The position numbers were made by a program, and so were the translations under genes. Of a stretch of 64,000 nt of DNA, positions 1 through 10,300 are shown piece after piece. Origin of the DNA: an uncultured Polaribacter sp. GTDB lineage: Bacteria; Bacteroidota; Bacteroidia; Flavobacteriales; Flavobacteriaceae. The notes beneath the pieces are model-generated. The model had not been told where the DNA came from, ran no database searches, and saw only the letters and a list, made by a program, of their open reading frames with translations. The stretch lies in contig CALSME010000004.1 in NCBI GenBank assembly GCA_943787375.1, positions 88,016 to 152,015 on the forward strand. The letters run 5' to 3'. Every line of letters begins with the position of its first letter. Positions within the stretch are counted from its first letter, which is position 1.

Positions 1-390
1 TTAAACATTGAACCCATTGCAAGAATGGTCAACTATGCTGCAGCAGGTGTGGAACCAAGAATTATGGGAATTGGTCCTGTAGCTGCAATTCCAAAGGTTT
101 TAAGACAAGCTGGATTGCAACAAAATGACATCGATTTAATTGAGTTAAATGAAGCATTTGCATCTCAATCATTAGCTGTGATGCGTGAATTGGATTTAAA
201 CCAAGACATCGTAAACGTAAATGGTGGCGCCATTGCACTAGGGCACCCATTAGGATGTACTGGTGCAAAATTATCGGTACAGTTGTTTGATGAAATGCGT
301 AAAAGAGAGATGAAAGGAAAATATGGAATGGTCACTATGTGTGTTGGAACTGGACAAGGTGCAGCAGGTGTATTTGAATTCTTAAATTAA
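1..390 (+). CDS. Acetyl-CoA C-acyltransferase (thiolase), 3' part; gene starts before the window
   Basis: Frame open from base 1; thiolase motifs [16 protein letters not shown] and MCVGTGQG. Confidence 0.95.
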   Translation, partial: LNIEPIARMVNYAAAGVEPRIMGIGPVAAIPKVLRQAGLQQNDIDLIELNEAFASQSLAVMRELDLNQDIVNVNGGAIALGHPLGCTGAKLSVQLFDEMRKREMKGKYGMVTMCVGTGQGAAGVFEFLN

Positions 391-414
391 TAAATAAAGA
401 TTAAAAAAAATAAA

Positions 415-2211
415 ATGGCAGAGTTATTAAGAGGTGGTCAATTTCTTGTAAAAGAAACAAAATGTGAGGATATATTTACTCCAGAAGATTTTTCTGAAGA
501 GCAACTAATGATGAAGGAGGCTGTTAAAGAATTTAACGAAAGAGAGATTATTGCACATAAAGATCGTTTTGAGGCAAAAGACTACAAGCTCACTGAGGAA
601 GTAATGAAAAAAGCTGGGGAACTTGGTTTCTTAGGAGTTGCTGTTCCAGAGGCGTATGGAGGAATGGGCATGGGCTTTGTATCTACAATGCTTACATGTG
701 AATATATTTCTAGCGGGAATGGATCTTTAAGCACTGCTTTTGGTGCACATACAGGTATTGGTACCATGCCAATTACCTTATATGGTACCGAAGCACAAAA
801 GCAAAAATATGTTACAAAATTAGCAACCGGTGAGTGGATGGGTGCGTATTGTTTGACAGAACCCGGAGCTGGATCGGATGCAAACTCTGGTAAGACAACT
901 GCTGAACTTTCTGCGGATGGAAAATCCTACAAAATAAACGGTCAAAAAATGTGGATCTCCAATGCAGGGTTCTGTAATATGATGATTGTTTTTGCTCGTA
1001 TTGAAGAGGATAAAAACATTACTGGTTTTATTGTTGAATATGATCCTACCAACCCAAACGGAATTACTTTAGGAGAAGAAGAACGCAAATTAGGAATACG
1101 CGCAAGTTCTACCCGACAAGTATTTTTTAATGATACCGAAGTCCCAGCAGAAAACATGTTATCTGTGCGTGGAGGTGGATTTAAAATTGCTGTAAATGCA
1201 TTGAACGTAGGTCGTATTAAATTGGCAGCAGCCTGTATTGATTCTCAAAGAAGAGTTACAGAAACCGCTTTACAATATGCCACTGAACGAAGACAATTTA
1301 AAACACCCATTGCAGATTTTGGTGCTATCAAAGCAAAATTAGCAGAGATGGCAACAAACACCTATGCGGGTGAGGCTGCAAGTTATAGAGCAGCAAAAGA
1401 TATTGAAGATCGTATTGCAATGCGTCTGGAAGGTGGAAACACACACCAAGAAGCAGAATTAAAAGGAGTTGAGGAATACGCAATCGAATGCTCTATTTTA
1501 AAAGTGACCGTTTCCGAAGATGTACAAGCATGTGCAGATGAAGGAATTCAAATTTTTGGTGGAATGGGATTCTCTGAAGAAACACCAATGGAAGCTGCTT
1601 GGAGAGATTCAAGAATTTCTCGTATTTACGAAGGAACCAATGAAATCAACAAAATGCTTTCTGTAGGAATGTTGATAAAAAAAGCAATGAAAGGACATGT
1701 AGACTTATTAGGACCAGCAACCGCGGTTGCAGATGAGTTAATGGGCATTCCTTCTTTTGACACACCAGACTATTCTGAATTGTTTGCGGAAGAAAAAGAA
1801 ATGATTGGAAAATTAAAAAAGGTTTTCTTAATGGTAGCGGGAGCTGCTATCCAAAAATTTGGAACAGAATTAGACCAACACCAACAATTATTAATGGCGG
1901 CTGCTAATATTTTGAACGAAGTATACATGGCAGAATCTACCCTACTGCGTGCAGAGAAAAATGTAAAACGCTTTGGTGAAGAGGCACAAGAAGGGCAAAT
2001 TGCAATGGCAAAATTGTATTTATACAATGCCGTAGAAATTGTTACACAAAATGGTAAAGAAGGAATTATTTCCTTTGCAGAAGGCGATGAACAACGCATG
2101 ATGTTAATGGGATTAAAACGTTTTACCAAATACACCAACTACCCGAATGTAATTGCGTTGCGTAATGAAATTGCAGAAAAATTAAAAGCAGCAAATAAAT
2201 ACTGCTTCTAA
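415..2211 (+). CDS. Acyl-CoA dehydrogenase family protein
   Basis: Motifs AYCLTEPGAGSD, NGQKMWISN, QIFGGMGF and IYEGTNEI; follows thiolase. Confidence 0.95.
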   Translation: MAELLRGGQFLVKETKCEDIFTPEDFSEEQLMMKEAVKEFNEREIIAHKDRFEAKDYKLTEEVMKKAGELGFLGVAVPEAYGGMGMGFVSTMLTCEYISSGNGSLSTAFGAHTGIGTMPITLYGTEAQKQKYVTKLATGEWMGAYCLTEPGAGSDANSGKTTAELSADGKSYKINGQKMWISNAGFCNMMIVFARIEEDKNITGFIVEYDPTNPNGITLGEEERKLGIRASSTRQVFFNDTEVPAENMLSVRGGGFKIAVNALNVGRIKLAAACIDSQRRVTETALQYATERRQFKTPIADFGAIKAKLAEMATNTYAGEAASYRAAKDIEDRIAMRLEGGNTHQEAELKGVEEYAIECSILKVTVSEDVQACADEGIQIFGGMGFSEETPMEAAWRDSRISRIYEGTNEINKMLSVGMLIKKAMKGHVDLLGPATAVADELMGIPSFDTPDYSELFAEEKEMIGKLKKVFLMVAGAAIQKFGTELDQHQQLLMAAANILNEVYMAESTLLRAEKNVKRFGEEAQEGQIAMAKLYLYNAVEIVTQNGKEGIISFAEGDEQRMMLMGLKRFTKYTNYPNVIALRNEIAEKLKAANKYCF

Positions 2212-2264
2212 AATATATAAAATTTCATAGCAGTTAATAAGTCTATAATGCATTGTTTGTTTAG

Positions 2265-2296
2265 AAAGATCATCCTTAACGGGTGATCTTTTTTTT
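2265..2296 (+). terminator. Intrinsic terminator
   Basis: AAAGATCATCC-ttaac-GGGTGATCTTT stem followed by a T run. Confidence 0.8.
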
Positions 2297-2408
2297 GGCA
2301 AAAAAATAAGTTGCAGTTTATTAGTAATTGGTTGCATCTTAAATTGATATTTTACTGTTTAATCAATTTAATATCAATACTTTTGCACGCAATTTGAAAA
2401 CAGCACAC

Positions 2409-2855
2409 ATGAAGCGTATAAAAGAATATAAAAAACTTTTTAAAGTAGCAGGTCCAATAGATTTGAAAGAATTAAAAAAAGCCTACAGAGGATTGGTAAA
2501 AGAATGGCATCCTGACAAGTTTTTAGAAGAGGGTCAAAAAGCCGAAGCTGAAATAAAAAGCACACAAATTATCGATGGGTATCACTTTTTAGTAAGCATT
2601 GCACCAGAAACAAAAGAAGCACATTTAGAAGCTTATAAAAAAACAATTACAGAATTTCAAGTAGCTGACTGGCACCATAAAAGCATGCTTTTAGAAGTTA
2701 CTTTTACCGATGGTAATTCTTATGAATACTTTGGTGTAAGTAAAATTTTGTTTGGAAAATTTGTCAATGCAAAATCTATGAATAATTTTGGAAAAAGAAA
2801 TATTTTCAATTCTTTTATCTATAGAAAATCAATGAAAGCCTCTGCGACAGCATAA
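2409..2855 (+). CDS. J-domain (DnaJ-like) plus KTSC-domain protein
   Basis: N-terminal LKKAYRGLVKEWHPDKF with the HPD motif; C-terminal LEVTFTDGNSYEYFGV is KTSC-like; ATG 2409 preferred over TTG 2394; TACTTTTG promoter at 2378-2385. Confidence 0.8.
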   Translation: MKRIKEYKKLFKVAGPIDLKELKKAYRGLVKEWHPDKFLEEGQKAEAEIKSTQIIDGYHFLVSIAPETKEAHLEAYKKTITEFQVADWHHKSMLLEVTFTDGNSYEYFGVSKILFGKFVNAKSMNNFGKRNIFNSFIYRKSMKASATA

Positions 2856-2901
2856 ATCATTGTTATTTCTTAAATCCTAAGAAAACAAAATACAACCATA
2901 A

Positions 2902-2934
2902 AAAAAGAGATTACTGATTCAGTAATCTCTTTTT
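2902..2934. terminator. Bidirectional intrinsic terminator
   Basis: AAAAAGAGATTACTG / CAGTAATCTCTTTTT perfect inverted repeat between convergent genes. Confidence 0.85.
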
Positions 2935-2967
2935 CTGTTTTATATAACTTCTATTTTAAATTGCTCC

Positions 2968-3747
2968 TTAATAAATGTCATTCAAAATTTTAGCCAAACG
3001 AATTCCACCTCGCTGTAACTGATTTCTAACAGTACCAAAATGATCGTAAGAATAGCGGTAACGCAAGTTCTCTCCCTCTTTTACTGAACTGTAGAGTTCT
3101 TTAGTAATTTCATGTACTTCGTTCACCCAATCTTCTACCGAACCCTTTTCGATGGCTTTCAATTGCGCTTTAGAAAGGTCTTTGGCATTGTTTGCCAACT
3201 CAATATAACTCATATTCCAAGCTTCAATCATTTTCGTATCCCAAACAGAATGTAAGTTGGTTCCTTGTCCAAACCATTGAACTTTTATTCGATTTCCTCC
3301 ACGGTCTTCTTTCTGACCAATATGCATTGGCTGATGCAAATCTCCTACAAAATGAACCAACATTTTCAAATAAAACACCTTGTCTTCCTCTTTACTCTTC
3401 GGGTCTTTTAAAACCGAAACACACTTTGCAATAGCAGTGACCAAATCTCCTTTTGGATTTTTTTCTGCCGCTTCATAGCTTTCATCTATCCCCATATTTA
3501 CATAATGCCACGCAGAAAATTCACGGTATTTCCGATCTGACTTAATTTCGTCAGCAAAAGTAGATACAAAGGCCAAACTCTGGCCTTTCAATAATTTATC
3601 AATCTTTCTCTTTGCTCTTTTTGTCAAATGCTGTGTTGCAATTTCACCTGTTGCTCGGTGCCCGTTTTGTCCCCAAAAAACAGATTCATCCACATTAGGA
3701 GTCGTTACGAAGAAGATAGAAATAAATAGAAGTATAGATGCTTTCAT
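2968..3747 (-). CDS. Secreted S1/P1 nuclease
   Basis: Signal peptide, then WGQNGH, WHYVN, HFVGDLHQPMH and NLHSVWD zinc-binding motifs. Confidence 0.92.
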   Translation of the reverse strand: MKASILLFISIFFVTTPNVDESVFWGQNGHRATGEIATQHLTKRAKRKIDKLLKGQSLAFVSTFADEIKSDRKYREFSAWHYVNMGIDESYEAAEKNPKGDLVTAIAKCVSVLKDPKSKEEDKVFYLKMLVHFVGDLHQPMHIGQKEDRGGNRIKVQWFGQGTNLHSVWDTKMIEAWNMSYIELANNAKDLSKAQLKAIEKGSVEDWVNEVHEITKELYSSVKEGENLRYRYSYDHFGTVRNQLQRGGIRLAKILNDIY

Positions 3748-3818
3748 TTTAAATTTTTAAAATTAATTTTCAGCTAAATTATAAAAATAAAGATGAAAAA
3801 AATTGAAATAACAAAAAA

Positions 3819-3853
3819 AAATATCATATCTTTGTGATATCAAATTAATATCA
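3819..3853 (+). promoter_or_regulatory. Bacteroidota -7 promoter element with flanking TGATATCA-like repeats (candidate operator)
   Basis: TATCTTTG 3827-3834; AAATATCA 3819-3826, TGATATCA 3835-3842, TAATATCA 3846-3853. Confidence 0.6.
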
Positions 3854-3856
3854 ATT

Positions 3857-4717
3857 ATGAAATCAGAAAAAATAATCAAGCCCGCAAATGGCTATTTAAT
3901 GTTATTCATCCTAATCGCATTATTTTTTGGAAGTATTGCAACAGCGATACGCACGGAAGACCCACGTTTTTTAATCGTCACTTTTATTGGTTTCTTTGGA
4001 CTGTTTGGCTTTATCTTAGTAAACCCAAATACTTCGAAAGTGGTTTTGCTTTTCGGAAAGTACATCGGAACGATTAAAGACAACGGTCTTTACTGGGCTA
4101 ACCCTTTATTCAGAAAAAAAACCATTTCATTAAGAGCGAGTAATTTTGACAGTGAACGCTTAAAAGTAAACGACAAATTAGGAAATCCAATTATGATTTC
4201 TACCATTTTAGTTTGGCGGGTTACCAATACCTACAAAGCTGCATTTGATGTCGATAATTATGAAAATTTTGTACGCGTTCAAACCGATGCTGCAGTTCGA
4301 AAGTTAGCAAGTATGTATCCCTACGATAATTTTGCTGATGAAGGACATGACGAAGACATTACCTTACGTTCTAGTGTAAATGAGGTTTCTGAAGCTTTGG
4401 AGAAAGAAATTGACGAGCGACTATCCATTGCCGGAATTGAAGTTTTAGAGGCTCGAATTGGCTACTTGGCATATGCCCAAGAAATTGCAAGTGCCATGCT
4501 AAAAAGACAACAAGCAACTGCAATTGTTGCCGCTAGACATAAAATCGTACAAGGAGCCGTAGAGATGGTAGAAATGGCCTTGGAAGAATTAGATAAAAAG
4601 GAAATTGTTGTACTAGATGACGAACGAAAAGCTGCGATGGTGAGTAACTTATTGGTGATCTTATGTGGAGATAAAGAGGCCTCTCCTGTGGTGAATACAG
4701 GAACTTTGAATCATTAG
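3857..4717 (+). CDS. SPFH (band 7/flotillin-like) membrane protein
   Basis: Two N-terminal TM segments; LKVNDKLGNPI, AGIEVLEARI, EIASAMLKRQQA and ERKAAMVSNLLV. Confidence 0.9.
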   Translation: MKSEKIIKPANGYLMLFILIALFFGSIATAIRTEDPRFLIVTFIGFFGLFGFILVNPNTSKVVLLFGKYIGTIKDNGLYWANPLFRKKTISLRASNFDSERLKVNDKLGNPIMISTILVWRVTNTYKAAFDVDNYENFVRVQTDAAVRKLASMYPYDNFADEGHDEDITLRSSVNEVSEALEKEIDERLSIAGIEVLEARIGYLAYAQEIASAMLKRQQATAIVAARHKIVQGAVEMVEMALEELDKKEIVVLDDERKAAMVSNLLVILCGDKEASPVVNTGTLNH

Positions 4718-4739
4718 TAGACCGTAAAAAAATAAAAAA

Positions 4740-4898
4740 ATGAAAGAATATAAAGTAGTAACATTAAAATTAGGTTTTAGAAATAGAACTCAAAACTTTG
4801 AGGACCTTTTAAATCAATATGCAAGAGAAGGTTGGACATTAAAAGATGTGCCTACCAATTGGAATTCAATGATATTAGAAAGAGATAAAAACAGGTAA
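4740..4898 (+). CDS. Small DUF4177-like protein, 52 aa (not in ORF track)
   Basis: Hand translation MKEYKVVTLKLGFRNRTQNFEDLLNQYAREGWTLKDVPTNWNSMILERDKNR; EYKVV...LN..AREGW...LER pattern; fills the operon gap. Confidence 0.8.
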   Translation: MKEYKVVTLKLGFRNRTQNFEDLLNQYAREGWTLKDVPTNWNSMILERDKNR

Positions 4899-4900
4899 TC

Positions 4901-5395
4901 GTGAAAGTTTTCAAGGAAGAACAACGATTTAGACAGCTTTGGCTCATGGTACTTTTAGGGTTTAGTCTCCTGGTTCCGGTTGGGTTGATTATCAATGAAT
5001 ATATAAAAGACAACACCAGCATGACAAATAATGAATTCCTAGGATCACTGATTGGAATCATTGCCTCTGTTTTGTTGATTTTCATATTCAAATTATCTAC
5101 AAGAATCGATGAAAAAGGGATTCATTATCAATTTTTTCCATTCCATTTTTCAATGAAAACACTTTTATGGTCAGAAATCACCAAAGCAGAAGTAAGAACT
5201 TACGACCCCATAGGAGAATATGGTGGTTGGGGTTTGCGTTACAGTTTCAACAAAAAGAAAGGGAATGCCGTGAATGTTTCTGGTGATATTGGTATCCAAT
5301 TAACACTAAAAAACGGTAAAAAATTACTGATTGGAACCCAAAAAAAAGAAGCTGTAAGCAGAGTTTTAAAAACGTATAATTTGATACAATCATGA
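4901..5395 (+). CDS. Conserved membrane protein (DUF6141-like; 2 TM plus soluble domain)
   Basis: GTG start, two hydrophobic helices, EYGGWGLR and GKKLLIGTQK motifs. Confidence 0.7.
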   Translation: MKVFKEEQRFRQLWLMVLLGFSLLVPVGLIINEYIKDNTSMTNNEFLGSLIGIIASVLLIFIFKLSTRIDEKGIHYQFFPFHFSMKTLLWSEITKAEVRTYDPIGEYGGWGLRYSFNKKKGNAVNVSGDIGIQLTLKNGKKLLIGTQKKEAVSRVLKTYNLIQS

Positions 5396-6306
5396 TGCGA
5401 TCACGCTACTTTTTGATAGTTATTTTACTGGGAATCACAAACGGATTTTCACAAATAACAATAGAAGAAATTACAATTCAAAACCAAGCAATTCAGTTGC
5501 CAGGTACGCTAAGCTATCCAGAAGAAAAAAGCCCCCTCATTATCTGGGTTCATGGATCTGGTGGTGTTGATCGAGATGGGAATCAACCCCAATACATCAA
5601 ACAATTTAGGGCTGCAGTAAACAAAGAAAATATCGCTTTCTTTAGCTACGATAAGCGAACCGCAAATCCCAAAAATAGCACATTCTTAAAAGACGGTGTT
5701 TTTTTTAATGATTTCATTTTTGATGTTGAGGAAGTCGTAAATCATTTTAAAAACGACATCCGTTTTAGCAGCATTATTTTAGCAGGTCATAGCCAAGGTT
5801 CTTTGATTGCCATGATGGCTTTGAAAAATGTGGACAAATACATTTCTATTGCAGGTGCAGGAGAAACGATTGACAAAATTCTGATAAAACAACTCAATGC
5901 ACAGAGTCCTGAATTCGGCAAAATAGCAAAAGCACATTTTAAAGAACTCAAAGAGACAGGAAATATTAAAGAAGTAAATCCAAATTTGATGGCAATTTTC
6001 GCAAAACCAAACCAAGAGTTTTGGTCTTCTTGGATAGTCATAGATCCCATAACAGCAATTAAAAAAATAACCATTCCCACACTTATTGTAAACGGTGACA
6101 AAGACATCCAAGTTGGGGTTGAAAATGCTTCAAAACTAAAAGAAGCAAAGCCAAATGCAACTTTTGTGATTATTAAGAACATGAATCACATTTTAAAGGA
6201 TATTCAAAACGAGGAAGACAATATCAAATCGTATAGTTCTCCAGAGTTCCCAATCTCAAAAAAACTGATTAACACGATTGTTTCATTTATAAAAAAGACA
6301 CCTTAA
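5392..6306 (+). CDS. Secreted alpha/beta hydrolase
   Basis: Signal peptide; HGSG oxyanion motif, GHSQG nucleophile elbow, GDKDIQV, NMNH. Confidence 0.88.
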   Translation: MMRSRYFLIVILLGITNGFSQITIEEITIQNQAIQLPGTLSYPEEKSPLIIWVHGSGGVDRDGNQPQYIKQFRAAVNKENIAFFSYDKRTANPKNSTFLKDGVFFNDFIFDVEEVVNHFKNDIRFSSIILAGHSQGSLIAMMALKNVDKYISIAGAGETIDKILIKQLNAQSPEFGKIAKAHFKELKETGNIKEVNPNLMAIFAKPNQEFWSSWIVIDPITAIKKITIPTLIVNGDKDIQVGVENASKLKEAKPNATFVIIKNMNHILKDIQNEEDNIKSYSSPEFPISKKLINTIVSFIKKTP

Positions 6307-6307
6307 A

Positions 6308-6475
6308 ATGTCAAAGAAAAAAGCCTTTGCATTGCGCGTTAATGAAGATATGATGAAAGCCATTGAAAAATGGGCTGCAGATGAATTTCGCTCTACAAAC
6401 GGTCAGATAGAATGGATGCTAACACAAGCTTTAAAAGAGGCAAAAAGAACCCCCATAAAAAAAGAGAAATCATAA
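6308..6475 (+). CDS. Arc-family ribbon-helix-helix DNA-binding protein, 55 aa (not in ORF track)
   Basis: Hand translation MSKKKAFALRVNEDMMKAIEKWAADEFRSTNGQIEWMLTQALKEAKRTPIKKEKS; FxLR...RSxNxQI Arc pattern. Confidence 0.85.
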   Translation: MSKKKAFALRVNEDMMKAIEKWAADEFRSTNGQIEWMLTQALKEAKRTPIKKEKS

Positions 6476-6505
6476 AAAAAAGCGCCTTTTTGAAGGCGCT
6501 TTTTT
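6476..6505. terminator. Bidirectional intrinsic terminator
   Basis: AAAAAAGCGCCTT / AAGGCGCTTTTTT inverted repeat between convergent genes. Confidence 0.85.
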
Positions 6506-6523
6506 AGGTATTCGTTTTAAGTA

Positions 6524-7195
6524 TTAATACCTTTTAATAGTCTTAGCGGTATAATTTCTAACATGTTCAACTTTTCCTCGATTTTTATAATACTTTTTCC
6601 AAGGTTTTGTAATTTTTTTCATTGCTCTTCGAGTTGAAATCAAGTCAGACCAATCATTTGCTGTGATTGCAACCCAATGCGTCGCTCCTTGAAATCCAGC
6701 GATTTCATAACTTCCAAAACCAACTTCTCCTTTTCTATAAGGGGCCATTTCACTAACGATTTCATCATGAGCTGCTTGAAAAGCTGCTGGATCACTCGCT
6801 TTAAATTCAAAAATCTGAACATAATTATACGCTTCATTGTCACCAACCCAACTCATTACATTTCCAGAAGAACTATGCGTCCACTTGTCAATATGATTGT
6901 TTAATTTCTGAATAAAAACACCCCATTTATTTGTCGCTGATATCGAGTCATTTCTTCCCCAATTCCCAGGATCACCGTACAAAACAATTCTATGGGTAGA
7001 CCCCTCATTACCAATACTAAAAGACTCAATATTAATCCCTCCAGATTTAAATTTTGCATCTCCCCAAATATCATCTGTTAGGGCTAAAATTGCACTTTCC
7101 GTTCCTCTTTTAGCAGAAAATTGGTACTCCATAAAAGCGTTTTGAGAATATGAAATCGTACTCACAAACAATAATAAATAAACTAATTTTTTCAT
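6524..7195 (-). CDS. Secreted hypothetical protein
   Basis: Likely start MKKLVYLLLFVSTISYS-Q (signal peptide) at 7195; no family recognised. Confidence 0.7.
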   Translation of the reverse strand: MKKLVYLLLFVSTISYSQNAFMEYQFSAKRGTESAILALTDDIWGDAKFKSGGINIESFSIGNEGSTHRIVLYGDPGNWGRNDSISATNKWGVFIQKLNNHIDKWTHSSSGNVMSWVGDNEAYNYVQIFEFKASDPAAFQAAHDEIVSEMAPYRKGEVGFGSYEIAGFQGATHWVAITANDWSDLISTRRAMKKITKPWKKYYKNRGKVEHVRNYTAKTIKRY

Positions 7196-7376
7196 AAATA
7201 TATGATTTTGATTAATAACAAATTTACTAATATTAACTGTATAATGCAATTAATTTTACAATTATTAATTTCATAAAGCAATTAATAATATTGTTATTAA
7301 TATTGACCTTTTAGCGAGAAGAAAAAATTCTATTTTGTATCTTGTTGCCTGTTATTTAATATTAATATAAACCATA

Positions 7377-10300
7377 ATGAAAAAACTACTCACGCTATTA
7401 TTTTTATGTACTGCCTCCCTATCATTCTCTCAAGAGTTTTCGATGGACATGGTAAAAAACATGAAACCCAGAAACATTGGCCCTGGAGGAATGTCTGGTC
7501 GTGTGACTGCTATTGATGTTGTAGAATCGAATCCTGAAATAATGTATGTGGGTACTGCTTCTGGCGGAATTTGGAAATCTACTTCTGGCGGAATAAAATG
7601 GGCACCTATATTCGAAAATGAAATAACAGCTTCTATTGGCGCCATTGCCATTCAACAATCAAACCCAAGTGTTCTTTGGGCAGGTACTGGGGAAGGAAAC
7701 CCAAGAAATAGTTTGAATGGTGGATTTGGAATTTACAAATCTTTGGATGCTGGAAAAACATGGAAATCCATGGGATTGGAAAAGACACGACACATACACC
7801 GGGTTCTTATTCACCCAACAAACCCAGACATAGTATATGTCGGTGCTATTGGATCTCCTTGGGGAGAACACAAAGAACGTGGGGTTTATAAAACAATCGA
7901 TGGAGGAAAAACTTGGAAACAAATTTTATTTACAAATAATAAGTCTGGGGCTGCTGATTTAATTATGGATCCTACCAATCCAAATAAAATCATTGCAGCA
8001 ATGTGGGAACACAAACGCGACCCTTGGTTTTTTAAATCTGGTGGTGAAGGAAGTGGTTTATACATTACCCATGACGGTGGAGAAAACTGGAAAAAAATTA
8101 CAGAAAAAGAAGGTTTACCAAAAGGGGAACTAGGAAGAATTGGTGTGGCCATAGCCCCCAATAATCCAGAAGTTATCTATGCCTTGATAGAAGCGAAAAA
8201 AAACGCACTCTATAAAAGTGAAGATGGGGGTTTTAAATGGAAAAAAATTAATGACAAACCTGGCATTGGAAATCGTCCTTTTTATTATTCAGAAATTTAT
8301 GTAGATCCACAAAATGAAAACAAATTATATACTGTTTTTACTTACATCAACGTTTCTAAAGATGGTGGAAAATCATTTAAACAATTAATGCCTGCCTATG
8401 GTGTGGACAATGGCGTTCACCCAGACCATCATGCTTGGTGGATACACCCTACCAATGGGAAATTTATGATTGATGGAAATGACGGTGGTTTAAACATCAC
8501 AAAAGATGGTGGAAAAACCTGGCGTTTTATCGGAAACATTCCAGTTGCGCAATTCTATCATATCAATGTAGACAATGAGTTTCCTTACAATGTCTATGGC
8601 GGAATGCAAGACAATGGTTCTTGGAGAGGCCCTGCATATGTTTGGAAAAGTCAAGGAATTCGAAATTCATATTGGCAAGAAATAAGCTTTGGGGATGGTT
8701 TTGATGTTGTACCTGACAAAGAGGATGCGCGGTATGGATGGACAATGAGTCAACAAGGATCCGTTTCAAGATATGATTATCTAACAGGAAATAACTACGG
8801 AGTAAAACCGACACATAAAGACGCAGCCGTAAAATTACGTTTCAATTGGAACGCTGCAATAAATATAGATCCTTTTGATAGTTCAACACTGTATTTTGGA
8901 AGTCAATTTGTACACAAATCAACCGATAAAGGATTAACCTGGAATACGATTTCACCAGATCTATCTACCAATGATCCAGAAAAATTAAAACAAGCCGAAA
9001 GTGGTGGTTTAACGATGGATGCAACAGGTGCAGAAAACCATTGTACAATTTTAGTTATTGAACCCACCGTTGTGGAGAAAGATGTTTTATGGGCAGCAAC
9101 AGATGATGGTCAAGTACACATTACTAAAAATGGTGGTAAAAGTTGGACCAATGTCGCAAAAAACATCAAAGGGTTGCCAAAAAATTCTTGGATTACACAA
9201 ATAAAAGCATCCAACAAAAACAAAGGAGAAGCTCTCTTAATTGCAAATGATTATCGTCGATTTAACTATACGCCCTATGCTTACAGAACCAAAAACTATG
9301 GAAAATCATGGACCCGAATCGTTGATGAAAATGACGTACAAAGTTATACTTTATGTATTGTAGAAGATCCTGAAAATGAAAACTTATTATTTTTAGGAAC
9401 CGATGATGGATTGTACATTTCGATCAATGCTGGAAAAAAATGGACAAAATGGACAGCCGGTTTTCCTACAGTACCTGTTAAAGATTTGGTCATTCAAGAA
9501 AGGGAACACGATTTAGTGATTGGAACTTTTGGAAGAGCTGCATGGGTTTTAGATGACATTCGTCCCTTAAGGGCCTTGGCAAATGGCAATATCACCAAAG
9601 AAAAACTCGTCTTATTTTCACCGCCAACAGCCTATCAGGCTGCATATCAACAACCCACAGGAAGTCGATTTGGAGCCGATGCGATCTATCAAGGTGAAAA
9701 TAGAAAAAGGGGAGCAATTATTTCTTATTACATCAATAAACCTGTTGAAGAAAAAAAGAAGGTATCTAAAGATAATAAGAAAGAAATACGTCACGATTCC
9801 ATAAAATTAGAAATTTTTGACGGTAGCAAAAAAATAAGAACATTGCAATTTAAAACACCGAAAGAAAGTGGTATTCATAAAACCATCTGGTACTTGAGAG
9901 AAAAAGGAGTTGCAAGAGCTTCCAGAAAAATAAGTAAATCGAAAAGAGAACCGGCAGGAGTTGCTGTAAAACCCGGGATTTATCATTTAAAAATGACTTT
10001 TGGGACAGCAGTTTCCGAACAAGACATTACTGTTTCTTTTGATCCGAGACTAGAAATCTCTCAAGACGCCATCCATCAAAAATATGATGCAAGCAAAGAA
10101 TTAGAAGGTTATCAAGCAAAAATTGCAGCGATGGTGAAGCAATTGGTTGAAAGTAAAAATACAGCAACCACTTTGAAAGTAAAATTAGAAAAAGAGGATG
10201 CTAAAAAATATAAAAGTGAAATTACTACATCCAAAGAAATCATTAAAAAGGTAGACGGATTGATCGCAATGTATTTGGGAACAATTGATAAAAGACAAGG

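Noticed and set aside
7281-7301. ATTAATAA-N5-TTATTAAT palindrome
   Set aside because: Expected by chance in an almost pure A/T stretch
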